From assembly GCA_964247055.1 (NCBI GenBank), contig OZ176050.1, forward strand, positions 3,224,001-3,288,000: a stretch of DNA of 64,000 nt, written 5' to 3'. Every line of letters begins with the position of its first letter. Position 1 is the stretch's first letter. The translations under genes were made by a program, and so were the position numbers. Source of the stretch: Paragordius varius. Taxonomy: Eukaryota; Animalia; Nematomorpha. The notes beneath the pieces were generated by a model that was not told the DNA's origin, did no database searches, and was given only the letters and a program-made list of their open reading frames with translations. Positions 1 through 12,944 of the stretch are shown here, piece after piece.

Positions 1-1
1 A

Positions 2-232
2 ACGATCTATCGCGCTCCTGAACCCGGTCTAATTCATTTGTATCACAAACGCGGTTGCTCAACTAATCTGCCAAACGCTCAATATAAAATGTGCTTGGAT
101 TCGATGTCTTCTTACGAAGCCAATCACCGTAGTCTAGCAGCTTCCGTTCTTAATATATTAAGCAAAGAGCCGACAACTATTGTACACAAGATGTACGTAT
201 CCAAAGATAAGAATAGTATCTCCACATCCTAA
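2..232 (+). CDS. 3' end of a chondroitin sulfate synthase / CSGalNAcT-family glycosyltransferase (5' part outside the window)
   Basis: Frame open from base 2: TIYRAPEPGLIHLYHKRGCSTNLPNAQYKMCLDSMSSYEANHRSL...TAA. Matches the C-terminal GLxHxxH..C...QYKMC..S...EASH pattern I recall for CSGALNACT/CHSY proteins. Confidence 0.75.
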   Translation, partial: TIYRAPEPGLIHLYHKRGCSTNLPNAQYKMCLDSMSSYEANHRSLAASVLNILSKEPTTIVHKMYVSKDKNSISTS

Positions 233-1380
233 ATTACTCGTGTATCAGTCAACTACAAAATTTCTATATTTCTTTAATTATTCTTTTCATAAATTTTTCA
301 TTATATGTGATAAATAGTTAAAATAAATGAATTGTTAATATCATAACAATTTTTTACAGTAACGACAGGGCTACTATATATGAAGCGGTTATACATGTCG
401 GGTTGTACAGGTTTGGTTATTTTGTGTAAGGATTATGATAATACTTTTTGTTAACTTGTTCTATAATAAATATATTTAATATTTATGTAAAGATGTTAGA
501 AAGCAATTTTCAAGAAATTATTGATCTAATTAATAAAATAGTTAGTATCTTTAAAGCCATTTTCCGGACAACGTGAAGTGGGTATCTAAATTCAGTAATA
601 GCCAATCGTATATCTTTTTTAATGTGTCGATTGTTGTTTAGTCATTTATTAAACTAGCTTTTGTGTTTAGTGCCCCTTTGTATTAGCGATTTTGCATAAG
701 GCTTCGAACATATGAGACCATATTAATCCAATCCCGATGGTTAGGGTTACTCTTATAAAGGCAAACATTATAATCAAGCGCCTTTTTAGTTCAGATTCTC
801 CACGAGGGTCGAAAGCTTTTTATAATTATCAGCCGCGGGTAGCGATATTAATTTAAAAATGTCTTTGCTTAAAATAATGATTTTAAGGAGTACATAAAGA
901 AAGATCTAAACATTTGAATTTGATATAAAAGTTCTCTGATTGATATAGGTTATTAAAATAAAATACCAATTCAATAATAGCTATAAATTAGAAAAATCAT
1001 TGTATACAGCGGTGTTAATCACCAAAAAAAGATTTAAAGGGCTAAAAAATATTTTTCTCATCTTAAAGGCCATAATATCGATCAAAATTTTAAGTTGTTG
1101 TGACACATCAGCAAATATTAATATTTCAAATAAGTACACCCAAAAATTAAATATAAATCCAGGGCCATAAAATTTTGAGGGCCGCATGTCACCTGTTGGT
1201 CCAGATTTGAGCATCCCTGGGAGAGTAAATTAAACACTGCCTTTGTGAAGATGAAATATCTTAGTTTATTATATGCTTTATTTACATCAGATTTTATCAT
1301 TTTTAATACTTAAAAAAATATTTTATTATCGATATCGTTTCTATAAACTCCCCGAATATTTTTAAAATTTCCTTGCTTAA

Positions 1381-1959
1381 CACTTCGATTCAAATTGGGG
1401 TATCCAAATACCCCAGACTAAATTTGAGTGAGAATTTTTAAAAAACTACTGATGGAAACGGTCCCAATTTAAATTTATGCTCTTATCGTAATAGATATTA
1501 TATAAATATGCCAAAATATCTATATAAAATTTTGTTTTGACAAAAAAGTTTCATGTCAAACTACTTCGACGCCATTTTTATTTTACAAAAATTTTGAAAA
1601 TATCATCTTCATTTAATTTTAAGGGTAAAACTAAAGCTTATTTTTCATATAAATTACATCTAACATTGATAGAAATAGAAAAAGCGGTTTATTTTCTATT
1701 ATTTTTTAATTTTACAATTTGACACATGTCGTTGACAAAATTTTTACCTTTCAGTTTTAGCTCAAAATAAGTAATATCAAGTATTTTTGAATAAAATTTT
1801 TTATATATTTCGGTTTATTAATGTTATATAAGTGCAAAATTTTGCCATGGTTTCGATTGCTTCCATACTTTGTTAAGTATTTGATTTTAAACAGGCCTGG
1901 GGTATCCAACTACCCCAATTTGAATCGAAGGACTAAAATGAGTGTGTTGTATCTAAGTG
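1381..1959. mobile_element. piggyBac-like MITE, copy 1
   Basis: TTAA at 1377-1380 and 1960-1963; ends CACT...AGTG; subterminal IR TTCGATTCAAATTGGGGTA / TACCCCAATTTGAATCGAA with asymmetric spacer; no ORF. Confidence 0.8.
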
Positions 1960-2127
1960 TTAACATCATTTTCGTCATTAACATCTTCAAATGTATAAAT
2001 CGAAATTTCAATATGGCTGAGTAACAAATTACATTGGAATCTAGAAATAATATCCTTATACATTTATACCAAAAGAGCTCTCATATTTTAGAATTATTGA
2101 ACAGCATTGATGATCATTTGTTCTTAA

Positions 2128-2685
2128 CACTTTGATTCAAATTGGGGTATCTAAATACCCTAGACTAAATTCAAATTATATTTTTAAAAAAACTACTGAA
2201 AACTGTCCCAATTTAAATTTATGCTTCTATCCCATAAAAATTATATAAAAAATCCAAAATACCTAGATAAAATTTCGTTTTGAAAAAAAAAGTTACATGT
2301 CAAACTTTTTATTTTATGATATTTTTGCAAAATATCGTGTTCATTTAGTTTAAAGGTAAAACCAAAGCTAATTTTTTATTTAAATTACATATAACAGATA
2401 GAAATAGAAAAGTGGTTTATTTTGTATTGTTTTTCAATTTAGCCAAAGCACACATATTACATTGACTAAATTTTACCTTTGGGTTGTATAAATAAATAAG
2501 TAATATCAAGTGTTTTTGAATAAAAATTTTTTATATATTTCGATTTATTAATGTTATGTAAGTGCAAACATTTGCCATGGTATCGATTCCTTTCATATTT
2601 TTAAAGTATTTAATTTTAAACAGGCCTGGGTTATCCAACTACCCTAATTTGAATCGAAGGACTGAAATTGTGTTGGATCCAAGTG
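2128..2685. mobile_element. piggyBac-like MITE, copy 2
   Basis: TTAA at 2124-2127 and 2686-2689; same termini and internal sequence as 1381-1959. Confidence 0.8.
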
Positions 2686-3480
2686 TTAAAATAGGGTATA
2701 TCAAACATTTAAAATATATAAAATTTATCTTGCATTTTTAATCTGAATATTTATTTTACCGATTAGTGTACACAAAAAATATTCTGATGAAATATATATA
2801 TGCTGATAAAATAATATACGTGAATTATGCTTGTGTTTTTGGTTTAGGATCTTACGACTGTTTTAAGAAAACTAACTATTAACACATTTGTGTTAAGTTT
2901 TCAAAAATGGGAAAATAAGCGCGTTTTTTTATTAACAAATTTTTTTTGGTGGAAGCTAAATGCATAAAAAATTTGATTAAAATATACCATAAACTACACA
3001 TAGAAAGCAAAACAATAATAAAATTTAATTTTTAATGGGCTCCGAAAGTTTTTTAACTCTTCTAAAATGGGCTAGTTTTTAAAATAAACGCAAAAATTCC
3101 AAGATTGCCGATAACAACTTTAAATATATATTCTAAATTTTTATGTCAATTAAAAATATATTTAAAAAAACACCCATTTTGTAAAAATTGTGTTTTAGCA
3201 AAATTTTGGTGAAGCCTACTTCAAACTATTATGAGGCATGATGGAAACGGTATAAAAACTTTTAAGTTATTATTAAAACACTTTCTACATAATTCGATGA
3301 TGCAGAACATTTGTATCACCTAATTTTGATTTTAATAACTTGTCTTTAAATACATGTTAAATTGAATTGTGTGTGTTACAAAAATTACCCAAATTTAAAA
3401 GCAAATTAAATTGAAATTCTGAAGCGATAGAAATGTTCAACATTATAGAATTATATAAAAAAAGTGTTTTTATAATATCA

Positions 3481-5900
3481 CTAGCTGGCCCTGTCAGGCC
3501 TCGCTGTGTGGTAGTCTCACCGATAATTATTCTTAAAAATTTGAAATAAATAACGGAAATAAAAAAATAATAAAAAACAAATTTAAAAAAAAGAATGTCT
3601 TTAATTATTCTCTTACGGGTTTTTGCATAGGTTATTGTTTACTCAAATCGACTATATTTAAATTATACTTTATTAAAGTTAATATTCAACTATTATTGAA
3701 TTTAATTTAAGATTTTCGTTTTACGAAATCATGGTTAAAAGTTTTATTTTGAAAATGTGTTCACACAGCTGGGATCAAGGGATATAAAAACTAAATCATT
3801 TGTGGTCCATTTTTAAAGGAAAGAATGATTTTATACAAATTCCCCAGAAATATGTTTAATTGAACTCGTATGGCTTCTTAAGTTTTTAAAAAATTAGCTC
3901 CAAAACCCCACCATTTTTTATCCGTCTCAGTTTTAAACCGGTAGATCCCTACCCATAAACTTATTTGGAAAAAGTGTTGAGTTAAATTCTTTGTCTTTAA
4001 AGGGAAAATATTTGGAATCATCTTTGATATCATCATCTCATGGGTTATTCGAAAAAATACCTCAACACTAATAATCGTTATGGTATGGCTTATTTTTAGG
4101 GCATAAAGTCCCCAAATTCACGGCTTATAAAAATAAGCCTGACCTTAATTTTACCTAATTACGGGTAATATTTCAAGCTTTTAATGAGCACATATGCTTC
4201 ATAAATTTTCTGAAAATTAGCTCCAAAACAACGCGATTCCTATATAGTGGCGCAGTTTTTAGCGGGTAGCTCCCAACCCAGGGATAGGTTTAAAAAAAGC
4301 TCTGGGTTAAATTTTTGCCTTTATATGGGCAATATTTGGAACTATCATGGATTCCATATGTTCCTATATAGGTTTTCTGAAATTTGACTCCAAAGGCATG
4401 CTGTATCGATATGGTGACGCAGCTATACGCGGGTAGCCCCCTAACCAGGGGCAAAAAAACGCTCGACTAAAAAATTTTGCCTTAATTTAGGTAATACCTG
4501 GAATCATTATTCATATTCTCTCGTAGGATTTTCGTAAATTGCCTCAAAATCAAAAAGTCACTCTATGGTGGCTAATTATTCAGGGCAAGGGCCTTATTAA
4601 GATATAATTTAATCAAACCGCTCTACTTAATTTTTTGCCTTTTTACAGGTAATATTTCGAGCCCTTATTAAACTTTATGGCCTGATAAATTTTCTAAAAT
4701 TTGCCTCCAAAGTCATGTTGTATCGATATGGTAGCGCAGGTGTTGGCGGGTAGCCCCTTACCCAGACACCAATATTAAAAGGAGGTTCGATAAAAAATTT
4801 TGCCTTTCTAGAGAAATACCTTAAATCATCATTTACATATGTTCTTAATAGTTTTTGGAAGAATGACTTCAAAACTAAATAGTTAATGATAGTTCATTTT
4901 TTAGGGCGTAAAGGGCCTAATTAATGGCTAATTTAAAACGCTCGACTTAAATTCCTCCTTTTTACGGGTAATATTTTAGGCCCTTATAAAACTTATATGG
5001 CCTGATAAGTTTTCTTAAAAATTAACTCCTAAACAACGCAAATTCGATATGGTGGTTAGACGAGTAGGTCCCTACCCACAGAGGCTGATACAAAAAAAGC
5101 GCTTGATTAAAATTTTTGCCTTTTTACGGAGAATAACTAGAATCATGATGGATTCCATACGCTCTCATTAGTTTTTGAAAAAAATGCATAAAAACTAAAA
5201 AATCCTTCTATGGTGGCGCATTTTTCAGGGCGCGAAGGGCCTTTTTAAGGCTAATTTTAAAAAACCGCATGACCTAAATTTTTGCCTTGTTACAGGTATA
5301 TTTTAAGCACCTATTTAACTCATGTGGCCTGATAGGTTTTCTGAAATTTTGCCCCAAAGGCACGCTAATATGACGGGGCAGTTTTTAGCGGGTATCTCCT
5401 TACCCAGCAGCTATCATCAAAGAAACACTTGACTAAAATTATTGCCTTATAACTCGGAATGCCTGGAATCATTAAATATTTACGGTCTCATACTTTGAGC
5501 GAAATATAGATTCAAAAAATTATTTTTGTCGACTATTTTTGAAAAAAATGGCATTTTACGGGGGGAAGGGGTAACAAGAAGGCCTAAATTAAAAGCGAGC
5601 CGACTATGTTCGGCGTAATCGAAAATAAGTATAAAAAAAATCATATTTGAAATCGAATGCTACAGATTTTCGGGAAAATTGTCTCAAAGACACGGTTTTT
5701 GTGGACTTGTGTTTTCCAAAAAACCTGTTTTTTACACGGGGTGGGCCCAAACTGGGGACCTAATTCAAAAAAAGGGGGAATCTATTGTCGGGGCGTTCAT
5801 TAATGATTATATTTTTTCGATATTTAGATTTGAATGGGTCTGCCGGTTTTCCGGAAACAGTTCACAAAGCCACCATTTTCCATTTTTATAAATATATGGA
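3481..5900 (-). mobile_element. Non-autonomous Helitron with internal ~160-bp tandem array
   Basis: On - strand starts A|TCCATATATTTATAAAAATGG (5900) and ends GGCCTGACAGGGCCAGCTAG|T (3481), a short GC hairpin before CTAG; about 10 internal monomers in 3780-5460; 5' module homologous to 10742 and 28160. Confidence 0.75.
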
Positions 5901-8636
5901 TTAAACGTTTTCATACCGTTTCCACGATGCCTCAAAATAGAATGAAGTACGCTTCATCCAAATTTTGCTAAAAATCAAATTTTTGAAACAGTATGCATTT
6001 TTAATATTTTGAGGTGATGCCAAACTTATATTTAACTTTTTCGCCCAATATCGGCATTTTTGCGTTTATTTAAAGGAAACTAGCCCATTTTAGTAAAGCG
6101 GAAAAATTTCCGACTGTGAAGCTTACATATAAAATTTTTTTTGAAATATTATTATATTTTATATCTAGTTTGATATATTTTAGTGATAATTTTTTAAATG
6201 AAGCATTTAGCTTTCACCATAAAAATAATGTGCGCAAATTTTGTCATTTTTTGATATGGAGCACTTACCACAAAAGTGTAAATAACTTTCTTAATCATTC
6301 ATAAGAGCCAAAACCAAAAGCACCATGATAATCCTGATACATTATTCTATCAGAACTTATATTTAAACATATTTTTTTTACCACTTAATTTTATACACTG
6401 TGTAATATGGAACAATTAGAAAGCAATTTAGAATTAAGGGTTTTAGGCATGCAGAGAAATCAAATTTTACCGATAAAATTTTTTTCATAAATAGTAAGAA
6501 TAGGTAGAACGGAACAATTCATAATTTAGGTTTCACAATATATTGTAATTTATCCGGAAATTGCTGGCAAAAGTCCTAATATCATCAATAAGATGATATG
6601 AGCCGGTGCGCTTTTCGCATATTAAAATTAAAACACACGTTCCACTATAAAGCCAAAAAACTATTTTGTTGTTTAAATTGAATTGCCAGAAACATTGCTA
6701 ATATAATATTTTGCTATATGCTCTAACCTTATGATAAACCTATTAAATGGCTTTTAAAAAATTATTTAAACGGGCTTAATTTTTCTCTTTCCAAGCAACC
6801 ATAAATATTTAGGTTCTTATTTTGTATGCAGCATACATAATTTATGTGGTTTATTGTATCGCCCATGAAAATAAAATTAGAGCTATTAGCCAATCCATTC
6901 ATTTATTTATTATAAATAATTTACTGTAATATAAGTACAAAAGTAAGTCACAAAGCTTTTTCCATCCATTATACCAATAAAATTGTCATACTTTTAGCTT
7001 GTGTGGACCAAAGAAAGCGCAAAGAATCCATAGCCTACTAAATATTTCTTTCCATTTATTTAGGTTCCCTTAAAATAAAATAAACGCTTGTATGTTAACC
7101 TATATCACTATTCAATGATGTATTATCCGTTATTAAGGGTTAAAAATCCTAAAAATTAGTACCGAATCGGCCCGTTGTTCAACTCATAATAAACTTGATA
7201 ATAGATAAGTTTCACATATAAAAATAGCTGATACGTTTGGCTTCTGAATGGTTATAAATTATTTAAGGATCTTAGTAATTATATTTCTTTCCGAAATTTG
7301 ATATAGGCTGTTGTATACTACTTATAAGAAGCTAGATAAAAATAATATAATCAATATTAAAAAGCTATTATTGAATTAGAAGGCCAATTAATTCCTTAAA
7401 TCTTATCTGAAATAATTAATATTTTTTTATTATTTGTTGAAAAAAAATTAATTATTTTATCTAAAAAAATAATTAAAAATAAAATAGGAAAGCGATATAT
7501 TTTTGGTAATCTTCTTAAATAATATGTAATTAATTAATTTATTATTGTGATTAACTTTTAAATTGAAATTTATGGACCTATATAGCGCTTTGTAATTTCA
7601 TAAAAGTTTTAAGGTGTGAACTATAAACAATGGAAACAAAACTACAATACAATACTTATTTTTGCTTTATTATATAAATTTATATATAGATAATAAATAA
7701 TAATTAGCGATTAAATGGTATTTATCATTTATTTACTATATTATTATTAATTTTTTTTGTCTCCATTCAGTGGTTTAGAAAAAGCAAACAAGGTTTAAGC
7801 AACTAAGCTTCCAATATGTTACGGTTGCTCCATCTCATAAATGTTTTGACCTAGTTATTTATTTTGTGCAATTATCATTTCAGTTTCTTTCAGTTTAACG
7901 AGAATATCTTAATATACAAATATATGTCCATCCTATTTTAGAACAGACAAATTTTCATTTGCTTTCAAATCGGTAAATTATAAAGTGCTTGACAATGAAC
8001 TAGATACTTGATTGTACTTTTTTATTAAAAAACTAACCGTTCAAAAAAAGTTGCCTGAAAATCTTTAGTTTAGTACATTGTTTTGATTTTTTTTGTAGAG
8101 TTGGTTGGTTAACTTTGAAAAAAGAATCAAAAACGTTTTTTCTGTATTATCCTACACAAAACAATTAATCTCATTTAATTACTAGAGTACGCGGACAATT
8201 GCTTTGGAAATTGTATAGTTAAAGTTTTTTTTACTCTCCCTGTTTTTATCTAACAACTTGTTTTTGTTTGATATTGAAAGTTATTACAAAGTATTATTGA
8301 TGCTATTATTATTATTAAAACGGAATCAAATCTTTAATCTATTAACAAATACGTAATATATATCATAGGAGAGAATACACCGCGATTTCATTAAAGTTTA
8401 AAAAATGGTAATATTTGAGAAATGGTACAAATGGTGACAAAGATTTATATTACCTTAAAACTGTTTGAAATTTTGAAAATTTGAAACTAAATATTCAAAC
8501 CAATATGTGAAATACTCTCCATCTAATTTGCTCGAGTGCATTTGGTGCTTCTGTTTGTATTACGAAACCGCTTCGAAAATTTTGGTCAAAAATTTTAAAT
8601 ATATTTGAACGCCTTAATAGTGAGACTCCGACAATT

Positions 8637-10592
8637 ATGAATTATTCCAGCGATAACTACAATAAGTATAATAATGATATTAATATTTTAATTCCCCGGG
8701 TTTTGTATGAGATCGGGCCTAACAGGTTACCAATCATAGAATATGGTGGGATTTTACCACTTTTACTTACCCTTGGGTTGGTTGGGAATGCCCTTTATTT
8801 TGCTTGCACGCTGCATCTCAAAACCAAAGATAAAGCAAATGTTTTCATTTACGTCCGAGCTTTATCTATTATGGATTTCACCATATGCACCATACTCATA
8901 GTTATCCCGTTTTGGTTTTGGTCCTGCAAACGGACCGTGTTTAACTCCAAATTTCTTGGTTCCATGCAACAGGCTTTAAATGCATGTCAATTGACCACAA
9001 ACATGACATCTGAAAATTCAACACTCCTATCATTCCAATATATTTTGCAGGGAGAATGGAACAAACCACAAATAGATCTTGTTGTTAACAGAAATATAGA
9101 GAGGATTAAGGAATCGTATTGTACGGATTCACGAAATTATTTTGTGTTAAAAATGGCAAATTTAATACTCCTACCTGTTATTTACATAAGTAATTGTCTA
9201 CGATTAGCCATGTCGCTTGACAGGCTAACAGCGTTGGCTTGGCCTTTCGTGTATCAAAAGGCATCACGAAACCGATATCCCCGATTTATAGTTATGGTTT
9301 TAGCCGTTACAGTTGCCTTACTCATACCGATTACCTATTATTTTCAGGAACACACGGATGTGGGACTGTCAGACTACCAAGAACAAATTAAAACTTGTAT
9401 GGTAACTCATAAAATGGCTAGCGATGAAAAGTCTAGAATGAACGATTTAAGCACAAAGTTCTTTGGCGTGCCCCAATTTGTGCTTGAAAATTCTCCTGTC
9501 TGGTTCGAACTTAAAGGAACAATTTTATCGACCTTTAAAACCACATCCTACAATTATTTTACACGTGCTATGTGTCTAATATTTTTCGTTGGACCAATGG
9601 CCATATCAACTGTCGCAAACATGTGGGTCATATCACTCATCACAAAACATGGGCGAAAGAATTTTAGTATATTCCCTTTGGCTGGCCCTAAAACGGGAAT
9701 TATAATACATAGTTCGACTAAAGGTGGAGATGGTATGCCAACCTCAAAGCAAGCCTTATCAAACTCAATCGAAACTAATAAAGTGAACACAACAATGTTA
9801 AAGGATGGAAAATCTAGCAGCACAAAAAGTTACAGCATGTTTTCAAATACTCAAAACTTATCACCAAGTGGAATAAACGCTAATTTTCACAATGTTTCGT
9901 CAAATTTTACTTTGAGTAAACATGATAAAGAGATGAATTTTCCTTCCACATTCTTATCTGTATCACACAACAATTTAACTGTACCCACTAAAACTGATTT
10001 TGTACCTCCCAATAATGCCTCTATGAAAATATTATCCCAAGATAAAAATACGTTTAAATGGTTACTACCTGCCCAAAAATTTATTCATTCATATAATAAA
10101 CGGAGTTATGAAGCGAGAACCGCTCCAGACTCCGACTTTAGAAGAGAGTTAACAAATGAGCCGTCAAATAAGCATAGTTCACGGATAAAGAAAAAAGATC
10201 TCAAAATTACTTGGCTTATGATTGGGTTAACTACGGAATTTTTTGTTCTCATGATCCCATTGATTGTTACTACACTCAGGGGCTTTCCTCCCCCTGACCT
10301 AGCCAACATTCTAAAATTATCCTCTTTGATTAGCGTTAAAAATTGCAATTCCAACAAACATGTAACGCATAATAATGTTGCGATCAATTTTCAAAATCCA
10401 ATAACAGTTGTGTCATTGAATTCTTTGCTCATAATATATTTGCTGTGGTATGGTAACCATACCTTAAGTGTTTACGTTAAATTTGGTTTGGACCCCACCA
10501 TACATGGTATTGTGGAAGCAAAATCGATCCTGTATCTCCGTAAAATTAGAAGATTTATTGTAAAATATCTTCCATTTTCTCACCATTATTAA
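8637..10592 (+). CDS. Intronless class A (rhodopsin-like, peptide/FMRFamide-receptor-like) GPCR, 651 aa
   Basis: Seven hydrophobic segments; TM1 LGLVGN, TM2 LSIMD, TM3 SLDRLTAL (DRY variant), TM5 GP; long loops. Confidence 0.85.
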   Translation: MNYSSDNYNKYNNDINILIPRVLYEIGPNRLPIIEYGGILPLLLTLGLVGNALYFACTLHLKTKDKANVFIYVRALSIMDFTICTILIVIPFWFWSCKRTVFNSKFLGSMQQALNACQLTTNMTSENSTLLSFQYILQGEWNKPQIDLVVNRNIERIKESYCTDSRNYFVLKMANLILLPVIYISNCLRLAMSLDRLTALAWPFVYQKASRNRYPRFIVMVLAVTVALLIPITYYFQEHTDVGLSDYQEQIKTCMVTHKMASDEKSRMNDLSTKFFGVPQFVLENSPVWFELKGTILSTFKTTSYNYFTRAMCLIFFVGPMAISTVANMWVISLITKHGRKNFSIFPLAGPKTGIIIHSSTKGGDGMPTSKQALSNSIETNKVNTTMLKDGKSSSTKSYSMFSNTQNLSPSGINANFHNVSSNFTLSKHDKEMNFPSTFLSVSHNNLTVPTKTDFVPPNNASMKILSQDKNTFKWLLPAQKFIHSYNKRSYEARTAPDSDFRRELTNEPSNKHSSRIKKKDLKITWLMIGLTTEFFVLMIPLIVTTLRGFPPPDLANILKLSSLISVKNCNSNKHVTHNNVAINFQNPITVVSLNSLLIIYLLWYGNHTLSVYVKFGLDPTIHGIVEAKSILYLRKIRRFIVKYLPFSHHY

Positions 10593-10741
10593 TCACCGTG
10601 TCAATTATTAACTATAAAATTGAAATATATATGGTATATATTAGATTAGATTAATCCTTGTACAACAAAATTAGAAAAATTATTATTTTATTATATTTGA
10701 TAAAGATGTTTATAAACATTATACCAAAATAAATATTATCA

Positions 10742-12909
10742 TCTATATATTTATAAAAATGGAGAATGCTGGCTTTGTGATCTGGTACAGGAAAACCCGG
10801 TTTACCCATTCAAATCCAAACATTGAAAAAATATAATCATTAATGAATGCCCCGACAATAGTTTTGCCCTTTTTTTGAAATAGGCCCCCAGTTCGGGCCC
10901 ACCCTGTGTGAAAAACGGTTTTTTTTGAAAACAGAAGCCCACAAAAATTGTGTCTTTGAGACAATTTTCCGGAGAAAGTGTTGGACCATTCAATTTCAAA
11001 TATAATTTTATATTTAATTTTCGATTGCGTCGAACATAGTCGTCTCGCCTTTTTGATTTAGGTCCTCTTTTTACCCGCTCCCCCCGTAAATTGCCACCTT
11101 TTTCAAAAAACAAAGTCCACAAAAATATTTTTTTAATCTATTTTTCGATCAAGGTATGAGACCGTAAAAATTCAATATGGATTCCACGTATTCCCTGTTA
11201 AAAGGCAAAAATTCAAGCGTTTCTTTGATGATAGCTGCTGGGTAAGGAGCTACCCGCTAAAGACTGATTCCTCATGTAACTTTGTGATCTGTTTCCGGAA
11301 AACCGGTGAACGCAATCAAATCCAAATATCGAAAAAATTTAATCATTAATGAATGCCCCGACAATAGCTTCGCCCTTTTTTGAAATTAGGTCCCAGTTCA
11401 GGCCTACCCCGTGTGAAAAATGGGTTAAGTCAATTTTTTGGAGAACGTGTTGGACCATTCAATTTCAAATATGATTTTTGTTTTTTTATTTTTGATCGCG
11501 CTGAACATAGTCGACTCACTTTTTTGATTTAGGCCCTCTCTTCCCGCTCCCCCCGTAAAATGCCACCTTTTTCAAAAAACAAAGTCCACAAAAATATTTT
11601 TTTTAATCTATTTTTCGACCAATGTATGAGACCGTAAAAATTCAATATGGATTCCACGTATTCCCTGTTAAAAGGCAAAAATTCAAGCGTTTCTTTGATG
11701 ATAGCTGCTGGGTAAGGAGCTACCCGCTAAAGACTGACTCCTCTTGTAAACTTTTTGATCTGCTTCCGGAAAACCGGGGAACGCAATCAAATCCAAATAT
11801 CGAAAAAATTTAATCATTAATGAATGCCCCGACAATAGCTTCGCCCTTTTTTGGAATTAGGTCCCCAGTTCGGGCCTACCCCGTGTGAAAAATGGGTTAA
11901 GTCAATTTTTTGGAGAACGTGTTGGACCATTCAATTTCAAATATGATTTTTGTTTTTTTATTTTTGATCGCGCTGAACATAGTCGACTCACTTTTTTGAT
12001 TTAGGCTCTCTTTTTACCCGCAACCCCCGTAAAATGCCATTTTTTTCAAAAAAAAAACAAACTCCACAAATATGATTTTTTGATTGTATTTTTTTGCCCA
12101 AGGTATGAGACTGTAAAAATTCGAGAAGGATTTTTCGTATTGCCTGTTAAAAAGCAAAAATTTTAGTCAAGCGTTTCTTTGATGATAGCTGCTGAGTAAG
12201 GAGTATCTATCATATGTATAGGATGTTAAAAGATATATGGATATTAATACATTATTTATGGTAATCTATATATTTATAAAAATGGAAAATACTGGCTTCG
12301 TGATCTGGTACAGGAAAACCGGTAGACCCATTCAAATCCAAACTTCGAAAAAATATAATCATTAATGAATGCCCCGACAATAGCTTCGCCCTTTTTTTAA
12401 AATAGGCCCCCAGTTCGGGCTCACCCCGTGTGGAAAACGGTTTTTTTTGAAAACAGAAGTCCACAAAAATCGTGTCTTTGCAATTTTCTGGAGAACGTGT
12501 TGGTCCATTCTATTTCAAATTTTTGTTTACTTATTTTCGATTGCGCAGAACATAGTCGAGTCACTTTTTTGATTTAGGCCCTCTTTTTACCCGCTCCCCC
12601 CGTAAAATGCCATTTTTTCAAAAAACAAAGTCCACAAAAATAATTTTTTTATCTATTTTTTTGCCCTAGGTATAAGACTGTAAAAATTCGAGAAGGATTT
12701 TTCGTATTGCCTGTTAAAAGGCAAAAATTTTAGTCAAGCGTTTCTTTGATGATAGCTGCTGGGTAAGGAGCTACCCGCTAAAAACTGATTCCTAATGTAA
12801 CTTTTTGATCTGGTACCGGAAAACCGGTAGACCCATTTAAATCCAAACTTCGAAACCCCCCCACCGAAGGATATCCTCGGGCTGCGTAGCAGCACGAGAT
12901 TTACGCTAG
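10742..12909 (+). mobile_element. Non-autonomous Helitron, tandem concatemer of the 5' module
   Basis: A|TCTATATATTTATAAAAATGG at 10742 and again at 12265; hairpin CTCG-G-GCTGC-GTA-GCAGC-A-CGAG at 12876-12898; CTAG|T at 12906-12910; four to five ~460-540 bp units. Confidence 0.85.
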
Positions 12910-12910
12910 T

Positions 12911-12944
<34 letters not shown>
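12910..12944. repeat. (TA)n microsatellite
   Basis: TA run directly after the Helitron CTAG end. Confidence 0.9.

Noticed and set aside
2879-2896. TTAACACATTTGTGTTAA as a minimal piggyBac remnant
   Set aside because: An 18-bp AT-rich palindrome can easily arise by chance here.
5900-10742. GPCR captured inside a giant transposon bounded by the inverted flanking repeats
   Set aside because: The flanks are two Helitrons whose 5' TC ends both face the GPCR. The gene lies outside both elements and there is no TSD, so the inverted arrangement looks coincidental.
5679-12464. Short ORFs in the Helitron module (MSQRH..., MDFCFQKK..., also 28132-28577)
   Set aside because: They are recurrent translations of the same non-coding repeat, with frame differences between copies and no Rep/helicase motifs.
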